Positions 35,598-48,383 of a stretch of DNA of 64,000 bases are shown piece after piece. This DNA comes from Podospora anserina. Its lineage: Eukaryota. Position 1 is the first letter of the stretch. Every line of letters begins with the position of its first letter. The notes beneath the pieces were generated by a model. That model had not been told where the DNA came from, ran no database searches, and saw nothing but the letters and a program-made list of their open reading frames with translations. The stretch lies in assembly GCA_017654855.1 (NCBI GenBank), contig CM030336.1:620001-684000 (forward strand). Direction: 5' to 3'. The position numbers were made by a program, and so were the translations under genes.

Positions 35598-38500
35598 TCA
35601 CCACTTCTTCCCCCCAGACACTCCAAAACCCACCACCCCAAGCGACCTCAGCCTAAACCCTTGCTCCCCCACCGGGTAATCAACCCCGATTCTCTTCTCC
35701 CCTGACACTCCCGTCATCCACCCAAACCGATACATCCGCCCCATCCGCTCAACCCTACTATCACGCTCGCGCCGCGCCAGCATTGACATATCCTCGAAAT
35801 CTCTCAGCATGGCCGAGTCACAAACGTAATAAACACAGCACGCAAGCGAGTCCGGCGCAGCGGCCGGCATGTAAGGCCACTTGACAATCACCGCGTGGCT
35901 TAGCAGAACGATGATCATGACAATCAGGATTGAGACCGCGCCCCATGTGCAGATCTCGTGAGTGACCCAGGTCTGCGCTGCTGCGAATGGGATACTGGCG
36001 AGAAACAGGGGGAGGAATTTAGAAAGGATGCCTGCGATGGCTATGGACCCCATCAGGGAGTCCCTCTGTCGGATGGCTCGCCAGAGGCCGGTGAAGACGT
36101 TTGTTGGGCGTGTTTGGAGGATGGAGAGGGCGGCAGGTTGGTTCCTTTGGGCCATGAGACGGTAGGTGGCTTTTTTGGTGAAGTCTGGTTTGTGTTGATG
36201 AGTTAGCAAAGTTTATAAGGTCTGAGATTATGACTTGTACAAGACTGAGGGTATCTGGTGTGGAGAAAGTTCACTTACTCGAAAATAAATGGTCCCACAT
36301 AAACGACACCAAAACACCAAAACCTGTAAACAGCACCCGTGGCCCCGGCAATTGGCTGTCCATAAACCACTCAAATGGTGTCTCCGCCGGGTCCTCAAAC
36401 ACGGTGAGCTCATAGTACAGTATGAGTGCCAGCAGCCCACAGAGAAAGAAGAGATACAGCCCTTGGTCCACTCGTTCCCAAAACGGAACGTGTTGTTTCA
36501 TCCTTTCGGGCGTCTCTGGTGATCCATCCATCAAAGTCCTGGCGCCTATCCTCGCTGCAACAGGCGTATCACCGTCATCACCATCTCGTACACCAACAAG
36601 GCCATACTCAGTCGTCCTCCGCCCACCATTTCGTTCACATGCCACCCTCCCCAGACGAAACCGGATCTTTCTGTACCGCTCAGCAATCTCCTTATCTAAT
36701 CTCCCGCCGTTTGAATCGATGGTAGTGAGTTGAGCCGCTTGAATCAACCCCCTCGTTCCTGGGACCTGGAGTAAAGCGCAGACCGCCGCTATGCTGGTGG
36801 GGTGAGCAGGGATGCCCGTCCTCCATCTGCTCAGCATTATGGCTAGCACTAGTATAAGAACCAGGAGAGCGCTTAGAAGCCCCTGTGCGGCTCTTGCCAT
36901 GGGAGGGAATACCGCCACGGTGGTGAAGCATGTGTTGAGGTTGTGCTGTATGCAAGTGCCGCGGAGTTTTAGGCCGATGGTTTCGCCGGAGAGGGAAACT
37001 ATGGCGGTGGTGCAGAGAATCATCAGGTCGCCGAGGAGGGAGAGGGGGTCCTTGTACCGGAATAGGAGAAGGCGGAGGCCGTTGTAGCGACCAATAACGC
37101 CTCCTGTTCGCATGGGGAGGGCGTCGGTGCTGTTTCGCGTTGTGTGAGTGACGTCGCGAGGATGGAGCAAGTCAATCCTGAACCTTACCTTCCGTCTGGT
37201 CTTGTCAGGAGTCTAAAAGGCATGAATAGCTTGATCTCGGCATCGATAGCCTGCATGGGGAGGAGGAGCAACGCTGTAAGAAAGATGGGGAGGAAATAGA
37301 CCAGGAAGTAGGTACTGTCAGTGGGCACGACAATGTTGGCAAGCGTGGCGTTGGGGATGTTGGGTATGATGGGGAAGAGGGTTACTGTTGCTGTGGGCTT
37401 GCCATCATTTGGGTTGTTTTTCGTTAGGACTACTGATGCTCCAGTGGGAATTTGAATTGTGATGGTTGCGGTGGGTGACCCGTCCTGTGGATTTGTCAAA
37501 GTAGTGATGGTCGTGCTGCCTTCCACTAAATCACCACCGAAATCAGTTACTGTGGCAGTGGCTTGACCTTGAGCGTCGGTTAGAACCATCGAAATCTGGG
37601 CGGTGGCCATGATGACTGGAACTGGTAAGAGCCAGGCTTGTGGGAGGGTTGTTATTTGAACAAGAGTAGATTCTGGGCGGGTGGATCCTTCCCTGGTAAA
37701 CGCCGAAAAAACAGCCTGGAATGTCCTTGTTTCCCCAGGCGTACCGAATCTAGTATCCGGGATATAGAAGTAGCGATCCGGAAAGTTTGGCCCTCTGACC
37801 TCTTCTTGTACGTGTGGCTGGACAGTACTGTAGGGCTGAGTGGAGAATTGACTGGACTCTGTAATCGCTGTGTGGTATGGCGTGGTGGTCAGAACTTGGG
37901 TAGTGGTAATTTCTTCGCCAGACTTGTTCTCAAATATGCTAGATCGTGAGTCGGATGCCGTCATTAAGTGATCAATTTTGCTGCTGGTTTGTTCTGAAGG
38001 CGGCCGATCATTCACCGATATGGCAGTTGATTGAGATGGCCGTGGTGTCTCTGTGATTGCTTCTTCAGTAGTTTTCGTTTGAAGTAACGTTGTGGTCGTT
38101 GGGATAGGTGTCTCATGAGATGTTAGTAAAGATGACTGAGATAGCTCGGGTGTTGTTTGGGCCAAGGCTTTTCCGGATGATGCCTCCTGAGAGTGAGAAT
38201 GATGGGTGGTTTGAAATGTCTCTTTCGATATCTGTTCAGTTGCCTCTCCAAATGTATTTCCCGAGGTCTCTTGGGTAGATCCTTCCGTTGTTTTAATCCC
38301 GACACTTGAGGTAGTACGCTCAGTGCTCGTCTCAAGATACACACCCACAGTATGGTAAATACCCTTATCTGGACGAATTGCTCGCAACTGAGTCAGCTTT
38401 TGGACAGTCTGGGATGCTACAGCACCACCTGTCCCAGTTTCCACCACAGGCCAGATGATCCGTCCATCTGGTCCCCTCGGAAAGTCCACAGCGACATAGT

Positions 38501-39452
38501 GATGAAGGACAGCATCGAACCACGGATTTGAGGGTCTCACTGTCGCAGTGTATGGGGGCCGTGAAATCGTAGGAGTAACCCCGTTGTACCAGGTACATCT
38601 TGCCATTGGAATCATGAGAGACTCAAAATAAGAAGGGTAGACGAGCGAGCGAGTAGGCTGTGGAAAAGCAGAGGACTGATTCGACGGCCAGCCAGAGTAC
38701 CAGTCATCATAGTTCTCGTCACAGCCACCTCCTTTGGGGAACCAGATGTCTTCCATAATCCATGTTCCTCGCTTCCATCCTGAGGGAGGTTGGCGGTCTC
38801 CAAGGCCAAGGAGTGCCCTGCAGCCTGAGCTGTTTGTCGTCATGACAATGCCCTGGTAGTTGTAAATGCATTTTCCGTTTGGATCTTCGCCAGGAAACAA
38901 AGGAGTTCTGGAATCGACTGTAGGATGATCTCCCCATTCATAATACCAGCTATTCACCCATGTGACGTATGTGGTGATTGGCTCTTTATTGGCATAGTGA
39001 CTGGAGGGTGGTCGAGGATCTGGATCCGGAGCTGCGACTTTGATGGCTCGTGTTTCGGGCGTTGTCCTTGCTATAATTGCGGTATGCGTTGCATGGTTCA
39101 AATGAGTTTGCTTGGGGGACAAAAGGTTTGTGCGCTCGCGCTTTTGGGGTGCGGTATCAACAGCGACAGTCGGTTCCTCAGTCCGATGTCTAATAGGTCG
39201 CGGCCTGTATACAAAGTCCTGTGGTATCTTAGTGCGATTAGCCTCTGCAGGAAGAGTGCGGATCATATGCTCAAGCAAGCCAATGATGGCGCAGATGAAG
39301 ACAAACAAAAGCGACAAGAAAGGCAATTTTAGTGAATGAGGCTTAAAGTCCGGGATATTATTCTTGAGCCCCCGCTCTTCCCAGGAGAACCGTAGGCTGT
39401 AAGCTTTGAAGACCGCCATGACAGGCTTGGGTAACTGGGATAGATGAGACAC
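35598..39452 (-). CDS. DUF3433-like multi-pass membrane protein with long Ser/Thr-rich region (2 introns)
   Basis: N-terminal TM; S/T-rich stalk; YFLVYFLPIFLTALLLLP...PFRLL, PTSIAAVCALL, SFMWDHLF, PDSLACCVYYVCDS, YRFG. GTAAGG intron near 37188 and GTAAGT intron near 36275. Confidence 0.7.
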
Positions 39453-40599
39453 GGCGCCGAAGAGAATTTAGGACATGGAGGAGGAGCTACAGCCTGTCCA
39501 CGGAACACAGACCAGCTGCTATCAGCAAAGCTTTTATACCAGAACATGGTTTTGTAAGCTGGGATGTGCTGGGTTCTCGCCACCAGTTCCTCCTTGGTGG
39601 TCGTGGTGTGTTGCATGCAAGATTTATCCTGACTACAATACGACTCTATGATAATGGTGAAAGAAGATAAAATCTGTGGGGCAGGATACACTGCAGCTTT
39701 AGCCGTGCGGCGTAGGCAGTGGCCCAGCGAAACTCTTATGCCGGCAATTTCATTTGGGCTTAACTCGCCAGAACAGCCTTCTCAAAGTCAGCCTTGCCAT
39801 CGCAGACATCCGTAGATCACTCCCAAGAAAGATTCCCCGTGTTGATCACGGCATTATTCGAGTCCATCGAAAATATGCCCGAGGTTACAACTCAGGCCCA
39901 ATCTTCCCCCGCAGAATTGAATTCCCAGACTTCAAGCTGAAAGTCACTCAGGGCAGCGTTTTTGGATTGCTCCTTCTTGCTACTTGCTGGCTGCTGCCTG
40001 GGTGCCTGAAGCCTAGGTTTCATCTGCCCGACTTTCGGAAGGAAGGCACATTAGGTTTCCATGTTCCTTCTCAAATTGGCCCACTTGATAACGGATCGAG
40101 GAGCCCAAGCTTCATCACTTGATTTGCACTTTCTGATCACATCAATTGGCAGTTCTGATGATCAAAAGACGACGAGTCTTTAAACTACCACGCCCAGATA
40201 CATTCCTACTCCATTGGGAGTTCAATTTCCAGTTCATTTTCAGATATTAAAACTTATTTAATGGCTATTTCTCACGTATCTAGTATTTCCAAGTTCGTGG
40301 TTTCAATTGTGCCATTGATCAGGTTATATATACTTCATGTTACAAGAACGTTGCAGCCAACATTCATAGGGCGTGCTAAGTTTACCCCTAAATTCCCCCG
40401 AGCTTTGAGACTTGGCAAATAATGACACTAACAACAACAGACTCTGCCTCCCTTCTCAATATATAGAGGTGCGAGTTTCGTCTCCGTCATGTTTGCCGAG
40501 AAGAACAGCCGATGACAGCAGCCAAGTCAATAGAAAGCAGTTGGACGCCTCAGGTGTTAATATTCGGACGTGGCTTGCTGACTCCTGTATGAGTGCTGA

Positions 40600-43500
40600 C
40601 GTCCTCCAATAACTCTGTCTATGATCTCAAGAAATACAGTCGAATACTGGAGGAGGCCGATGTGATCGGCATCACAACAACAGGGCTAGCCAAGAACATC
40701 GCCATGCTGCGCGGTATTGGCGCTAAAGTGGTTATCTGCGAAGAGGCAGCCGAGGTTATGGAACCTCACCTCATTTCCGCCATGATGCCTGGGATTGAGC
40801 ACCTCATTCAGATTGGCGACCATCGACAGTTGCGGCCCCAGATCAACAATTACGGTTTCAGTGTGGAAACTTCAAGAGGCAAAAAATTTCAGCTTGATCG
40901 CAGCCAGTTTGAACGTCGGGCCGAGGGGGAGCCGGGCCTGGCTCCCCTTCCCGTGGCACAACTGAATGTGCAGCGAAGAATGAGGCCTGAGATTTCGTCA
41001 CTGATCCGAACAGTGTATCCAGATTTGAAGGGCCATGACTGTGTTCAGAACTTCCCAGGGGTAACAGGGATGCGAGAGCATTTGTTTTGGCTCAATCACC
41101 AACATCCTGAAGATGGCAGATACGATGGCGCGAAGGTGAAATCACACAGCAACTCTTGGGAAGTCTCCATGTCAACAGCCTTGGTCCGTCACCTCGTTCG
41201 ACAGGGAGAATACAAAAGCACAGACATTGCACTCTTGACGCCCTACACTGGCCAGCTCCAGAAGCTTATGGCTGCATTGAGCGGCGATTTCGAGGTCTTC
41301 CTCAGCGATCGTGACCTCGAAAAGTTGGCAGACGATGGCTTTGGACATGCTGATGGAGTCGAGTCCGACTCGGTCGACTCTGTCGATGACGCCCCGAGAA
41401 TTGAGCACAACCGAGGCAGGATGTTGCAGAAGACAGCGTTGGTTAATGCTATCCAGCTTGCCACAGTGGACAACTTCCAGGGAGAAGAGGCTAAGGTGAT
41501 CATTGTGTCACTGGTTCGCAGCAACAGCAACAACGAAATTGGCTTCCTCCGAACAGAGAATCGTGTCAACGTACTCCTCAGTCGAGCCCAACATGGGATG
41601 TATCTTATCGGCAACGCGAGAACCTACCGAGGGGTCAACATTTGGGACGACGTCTACCAACAGCTTGCAGAGAGGGGTGCGGTCGGGGATTCGATTGCGC
41701 TTTGTTGTCGGCATCCTGATATCCCAATCGTGTGCTCCAATCCTGACGAATTTCTTAGACGCAGCCCGGAAGGGGGCTGCACTCTTCGATGCGATCAGCG
41801 TCTTGACCCATGCGGCCATCGTTGTCCGGCAATGTGCCATTCACAGGCACTCCACGACGTCTTCAGCTGCTCACAGCCATGTCCCCGTATCCGAACAACA
41901 TGTCAACACGCCTGCCCAAAGCTCTGTGGCGAGGACTGCGGTCCTTGTCGTGTCACGGTCACGGACGTTGAACTTCCCTGTGGCCACATCGCTGATGAGG
42001 TGGAATGTTGTCAGACACCTCATCCGGAAACGATCAGATGTTTGCACCCTGTGACGAAGATCGTCCCTGATTGTAAGCACAAGGTTAAGGTACCATGCGA
42101 GACGGATGTGTCTCAGTACTATCACTGCCCAACACCTTGCGAGGCGACATTGGCTTGTGGGGATAGATGTACTGGTCAGTGTGGCACGTGTCAGCACTCC
42201 CATAAAGAATGTCAGAGGATCTGTAGGCTTCCACCGTCAACCTGCAATCATCTCTGCGCCAGGAAGTGTCATAGCGGAGAGCTGTGTGGAAGCTGCTGTC
42301 AGCCATGCCAAGTAAGTCACACTTCCTAGCTTAACCCAGTCCCCATGGCAGATAAATCTGACTTGCTTAGGTACAATGCCCCCATTCTTCTTGTCCCCAG
42401 CCTTGTCACAAGCCCTGTGCCCCTTGCATCGAAAAATGCGGCTGGGCTTGTGAGCACATGGGACAATGCTCGCTACCATGTGCTGCACCATGCGACCGTC
42501 TGCCATGTGACAAGCGATGCTCAAGAAAGCTCAAGTGCGGGCATCAGTGTCCTAGCTTCTGCGGAGAAGAGTGCCCAGAGGATCTGTGTCAGCTGTGCTG
42601 TCAAGACGAACGGAGACAACGTCGTGTTGATGTTCTCGAGTGGAAGTTGTATCGCGAAGTTGATCTTGACGACAGTTCAATCGTTGTTCTCAGTTGTGGT
42701 CACTTCTTTACAGGCGAGACGCTGGACGGCTCGCTAGGAATGACCCAAGTATACACCACCAATTCGAACGGTGAATACAACGGACTTCGAGATATCGCAG
42801 GCACCTTGTCCACATCTGGGGTGCCTTCATGCCCGGATTGCCGCATCCCCATCCGTCAATTCGCCACCAGACGTTACAACCGGGTGGTGAACAAGGCAGT
42901 GATGGACGAAACGATCAAGCGATTCTTCGTGGATGGTCGTCGACGCCTCCAAGAGCTCCAGCAAAGACTGGCTGCAGCAACAGCCAAGCTATCCTTGGAC
43001 AACATCCCGGAGTGGGATGATACAGTCCCTAGGTCCGGTACTTCGTCGGTCCTTCGCGACAGGCACCGTGAGTTAAACCGCATCAACTTGACACTGGGAA
43101 TTGCAAAGCAACAGATGGACACGGAACAACAACCGGCCAAAAAGCTGTTTGACGCCATCGTCAGCTCTCGACGTCGCCAGCTGAAGACATTGTCCATGGA
43201 ACAGAGATTGCCTGAGCTCAGCTTGACTGGACCACCTCCAGCGTACAACTCTCAAGTTCTCCTTGAGGCTGAGGCACTCCACTTGCAAGTTCGGGCGGCA
43301 ATCCTCCAAGACAAGATGAGAATCGCGGCCAAGGTTCCTGAATTGCAAGAAGGTCTCAAGAATGCTGATCGCCCTGGGGCTGATGTGCCAGGACTTATGA
43401 AGGATTGTATGGAGGGCATCAAGAAGTCGAGGGAGTGGAAGCTTCCACGGCTTGTGATCTCCCTCAGCCAGCTTTACGCACAAACCAGCCAGCTGGCTGG

Positions 43501-43961
43501 TCGATATTCTGCGCAGTACAGAGCTCGTACTGTGGAGTGGAGGGATTACGGTGCTACTGCTGGAGAACTGCTGATCGAGGCGCTGCAGCTTTGTGGGACG
43601 TTTGAGGATGGCGAGAGTTTTAGGGAGGATGTTCAAGAGGCGCTGAAGGCTTTGAAGTCAACGAGATACGAGAAGGTCAGCAGGGAGGAGGTCAAGGCTA
43701 TCAAGTTGGCTATGGTGAGTGGGTTTGGGGGGATGAGTACGAATTCGGGACACTGGTATAATTGTCAGAATGGGCATCCGGTACGTTTTGACTTGTCTCG
43801 AACTTTGAACAACAGTGACTAACGAGACCTTTCAACAGTTTGCCATTGGTGAATGCGGGATGCCCATGGAGGTGGCCCGCTGTCCGGAGTGTGGAGCTAG
43901 GATTGGGGGCTTGGATCACGAGCTGGTGGATGGGGTGTCGCGGGCGCAGGGGATGGAATAA
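40600..43961 (+). CDS. ZNFX1-like SF1 (UPF1-type) helicase C-half + NFX1-type Cys-rich zinc fingers + RING-like + RZ finger; 5' truncated (introns 42311-42370, 43781-43838)
   Basis: ICEEAAEV, QIGDHRQLRP, QRRMRPEIS, LTPYTGQ, TVDNFQGEEA, NRVNVLLSRA; many CGH.C...C repeats; C-terminal GHWYNCQNGHPFAIGECGMPMEVARCPECGARIGG. No Walker A found upstream. Confidence 0.85.
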
Positions 43962-44623
43962 AATATGGAATAAGATGTCGATGCCATGTTGCTTTGTGTA
44001 TGATGTGGGTTTTCTTTTTCTGTCTTGTTGTTTTGTTTGTCTTTGCTTTTGGTTCCACCTTGACACATGTGGAGATTTTTCTAGATAGCCATCTTGTCAG
44101 ATCAATGTCACCCCTGAATACCCCTGATCACCCTGACAGCCATCACCAATCTTGCCATGGTCTCTTCCATTGCACAATCTCATCGTCGTGATTCATCCTG
44201 CAGCCCACCAGCTGAAAAGTTTCAACGGTTGCTTTGCATGGGGGCTGTGAGCAGCCACCGTTACATTGATACTGCGGCCTTGACGAAGCCAGGGGTCCAA
44301 GGCTACTTCGTGAGAGGATGATAAGCATTTCATTTCCGGGGATGTGACCGCGAAAGCTTGTTCCCGCATTTCCCAACCTCGTCTCCGCGTTTCCTTTTGG
44401 GGCCTCTTGGCGCTGCATTGCCAACGGCTAGCGCGCCACACTATCGAGGTCTGGGTCGCGATGGATTTGGGTTTTGATCGTATGGGTTTCGGCAGGCGGA
44501 TTCTCCTTGGGGGGAGGGTCTATTGGGCGGGAGAGGGGATGGTATATATTGGCCACGTCGCGCCGGAATGGGTTGATCGATGAGGAGGAGGGCTATTCGT
44601 GTTCTTTGGAGACTTCGGCGGTG

Positions 44624-47600
44624 ATGGCTCCGCTTGGATGGGCTGCTGGCATATCTGCCATTTTGTTTGGTCTTGCCTCTTCGGTTTCATCTCAGGCTGG
44701 GGTTGATGTTAGCTGTGCCGATAACGTCAGCAATGGGACTGTCTATGAATCGCCGAAGGGGGTGGAGTTCTTGGTGCTGTGCGGGGTGGACTATGGGGGA
44801 GGGGACATGAGCGCTGCGCAGACGGGGACGTTTGCAGGATGCATGGATCTTTGTGCTGAGACGTCTGGCTGTGTGGATGTTTCTTTTGTGGGGGGGTCGT
44901 GTTATTTGAAGAGGGCATTGGGTCCGTTGAATACTGCGGGACATGTCTGGACTGGGAGGAGGATTACAGGGCCGAGCACCACGACGGGAGCACCTCCTGC
45001 TGTGACGGGGAGTTTGGTTCCGAGTTCTGACCCGCCGAGTTGCGTGGAGGGGAGAAGTGATGCGACGGCGTATTTGGCGGAGTCGGGGGCGGTTTATGAG
45101 ATTATTTGCGGGAGGGAGTATTATGGTGGTGATCTTCAGATGGTGTATACGAAGACCTTTCAGGGGTGTATCGAGGCTTGTGAGGAGTTGGTAGGGTGTG
45201 TGGATGTTTCGTATGTTGGGGAGGCGTGTTATAGAAAAGGGCAGGTTACGGTGTTGGTTGAGGCTGGGCATGTGTGGACGGCGAGGAAGATATTGGAGGC
45301 ACCTGTTCAACCTAGTGTCAGTGAGAGTGCTAGTGTGAGGACGACAACCGCGCCTAATGCTGGACCTACGGTGGTGCCACTGACCTGTGCTGGTGGCCAT
45401 GCTTCTACACCCACGCACACGACGTCAGAGGGGAGGACTTACGAGATACTTTGCGGTGTTGATTATGGTGGAGGAGATATTGGAGCATCGTCCCAGGCGA
45501 CGTTCAGCGGTTGTCTTGCTGCCTGTGATACCGCCAGCGGTTGTTTAGGGGTTGCTTATTCCAATGGCCAGTGCTACCTGAAGGGTACACTGAACAATCC
45601 TGCGGCAGTTGCGCATGTGTGGGGTGCTCGTCTTCATGGTCTCAGCATCGAGCCTTCTAGTTCCTCTGCACCAGTGGAGTCGACCGACATACCTGTCAGT
45701 ACGGCATCAGGCAGCCCAGAAACATCAGCAACAAGCACACAGACGGAAAACGATCCTCCGTCAGCAACCTCGACACAATCACCAACAATAACCTCAAGCC
45801 TGGACGAATCGTCAACGGCTGACACGAGCACAGCTGGTGCCAGCACGACGGGCTCGTTCTCGCAAGATGCAGTATCAACTTCTAGCCAGCGTGACGAAGC
45901 GAGTGCTAGTTCTAGTATCACGGCTCCCGCAAGCCCTGAGCCGACAGACCTTGTCGAGTCATCGGCAACGGCTACACTGCCGCCCTCTCTCACCTCCATG
46001 ACTACCAGCTCTTTGACTACGACAGCCTCTGCTTCTTGGCCGCCTTCCCCTGAATGGACCTCCGACTATACCTACTACGAGGCCACTCTGCCCGCCTACA
46101 ACTATACCAGCCAGGTCGCTCCACCTGCCACTGTTCTGCCCACCTCGTCCAGCTGCATGCTCGATCCAGTCCAGACGCCTGGGGCCCTATTCGTAAGTAT
46201 ACTTTGCCTATGCAATACTCGCCAACTGTCCCAGGAGTCATCTTGCTAACCCATGTTTTCTTTCCAGCACCTTCTCGATCCCCTTGGAGCGCACATCATT
46301 AACCGCGACGGCCGTCCTGGCACCCCCCAAGCACCCGAAACGCAAGAAGAAGCCCTTGCCATCCTGGTGACAATCGACGAATGGCAGCCCCCTCTGTTCA
46401 GGTTCGGAAGACAAGTCGGGTCCTTCCATGTCCTGGAACTCGTGGAAGGTACCGATACCTACGAGGTTGCCTTCTCGCTGTCCAGCGAAATCATCTTTCA
46501 GTCGTCGCCTAGTACCAACCCTCTGCTGTTCACCGTCGACTGTCGTGGCAGACTTCTGGAAACAAGCGCGGGCATTCCTCGTTACTGGCACACTACCGAT
46601 GATGGAATCCGCACCACATTGGCTATCGAAGGCTCGGAAAACGCAGAGTTACACGGCATCGTCGCTATACGGCCAGATCTTCGCTCCCCACGGCCAGTTG
46701 AAACCTCGGGTATCAGCTTGCGTCGAAGTCTACAAAGTCGAGAGTTTGCACTTCTTCCCCGGTGCCCATATGGCCCAGATGCCATTCCAGTGCCGAAACC
46801 TGGCCGCCGCCCCGAATCTCCCAACGGCTGTGGAGCAGCAGATGCCGCGGTCGACCTGGTCCCTGACTTCAACTGGGGCGAATGCTGCAACGACCACGAT
46901 GACTGTTTCGACAACTGCGACAAGAGCTTCTGGCAGTGCAACACCGAGTTCCGGACCTGCATGCGGAACCAGTGCTGGAAGGATGCCACTGTTCGGTGGC
47001 ATGATGTTTGGAAGTTCCCGGCTTGTGCTGACCTGGCTGGGTTTTACTTCACTGCTGTCAGCTCGCCCATCGGGTGGATGGCGTTCAACTCTGCGAATTC
47101 CGATCGCTGCGAATGTGCTTGTGACAAGCCGACGCATTCTCTCTGCCCTGTCGAGGCTGGTGGGCCTAGCGGTGGGCAAGAGACGTACTTGGCCTGTCAG
47201 AATGTCAACCTGAACGACCCTGAGATGTGTGGAGGATGCGATTTCAAGTGTCCGGAGCATACCAAGTGTATCGGAACACCCAACAAGTGCCAGTGCGAGC
47301 AAGACCAATGTGGGAACTTGTGCCTTGACCTCAAGTCTCACCCCAAGAACTGTGGGACATGCGGCAACGTCTGCCAGTCGGGCTACTGCTACGATGGAAG
47401 ATGCTACGAGCCTGAGCCGACCAGCTCGCTGCCACCAGTGCCTATCACTTCGGCTACCCCAACCCCCACTGGTTGTTCAGTAGGCCAGGCGATCCGATCC
47501 GAATGGCTCACCCTCCCAGAAATATACCAGCCCGACATGCCCGAGTACACCCTCACCCGCCTCGGTCCTCAACCGGGTCTGCCAGGTGATTTCTCGGTCC

Positions 47601-47974
47601 ACGTCGTTTCCAACACGCAAAACGACTTCCACCTCCGAACCCGCGCCATTTTGTGTCCTAGCGTCCAGTACGAGATCAAGTTCAGCATCCGGAACGAGGC
47701 GATCGCGCCAGAGGGGTACGTGTACCCGAATGGGATTCCAGGGGTGTGGATCGGGAACTACAACGTGCCGTTCCTTGACACGCCCAAGATCCCGCCGCTG
47801 GGGGAGTGGATTGAGTACAAGCAGACGTTTGCTTACAGTGTTGGGTTCGGGGGGTCGCAGCCAGTGGAAGGGGGGTTGATGTCGTTGCATTTTGATTTTT
47901 ATGTGCTGCTGACGAGTGCGGGGGCCGAGTACACTATGGGGGGGTTTAGTATTTTGGCCACGGGGAGGCGTTAG
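44624..47974 (+). CDS. Secreted mosaic protein: 3 apple/PAN-like Cys repeats, S/T linker, group XII-like phospholipase A2 domain, STIG1-like Cys-rich module (intron 46193-46267)
   Basis: Signal MAPLGWAAGISAILFGLASSVSS; three CG.[DE]Y.GGD...C...C...GC..V....CY.K repeats; PNGCG...ECCNDHDDCFDNC...CN.EF..CM; HPKNCGTCGNVCQSGYCYDGRC. Phase-0 intron joins ORFs 44474 and 46253. Confidence 0.75.
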
Positions 47975-48383
47975 AAAGAAAGAGCTTGGTGCGGAGCAAG
48001 AGGGGAGGAGGGGGGGGGCATGGTTCCAAGGTAGTCTGAGCTTGTGATGCTGATTTTTTCTTACAAATTTAGCATTGACTATCTGTTTCGGGTGCGGCGT
48101 ACCTAATGGGTCAAATAGCGCAGAGTAGAACAGAATATAAATCTAAGATTTATTGTCTACGAAGGACGACACAGAGCAGCCTGTAGCGAACTGTCAAATA
48201 AACAAACAAAGTGATATCTCTCAAAACAATCAGACAGCTCTGAAACTCGTGAACAAGCAAAACACAACAGCCACCATTGACAGACCGATAGAAAGACAAC
48301 CAAAACCCAAACAAACGCGCCACCACCCCGCTAAAACGCCACAACAAAAGAACCCCTTTACCTCCCCCCTCCCCCGGCCGCTT

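Noticed and set aside
35598-39452. Possible Starship captain / giant mobile element
   Set aside because: The protein is a multi-TM DUF3433-like one, not a DUF3435 tyrosine recombinase; no recombinase motifs or element boundaries were seen in the window.
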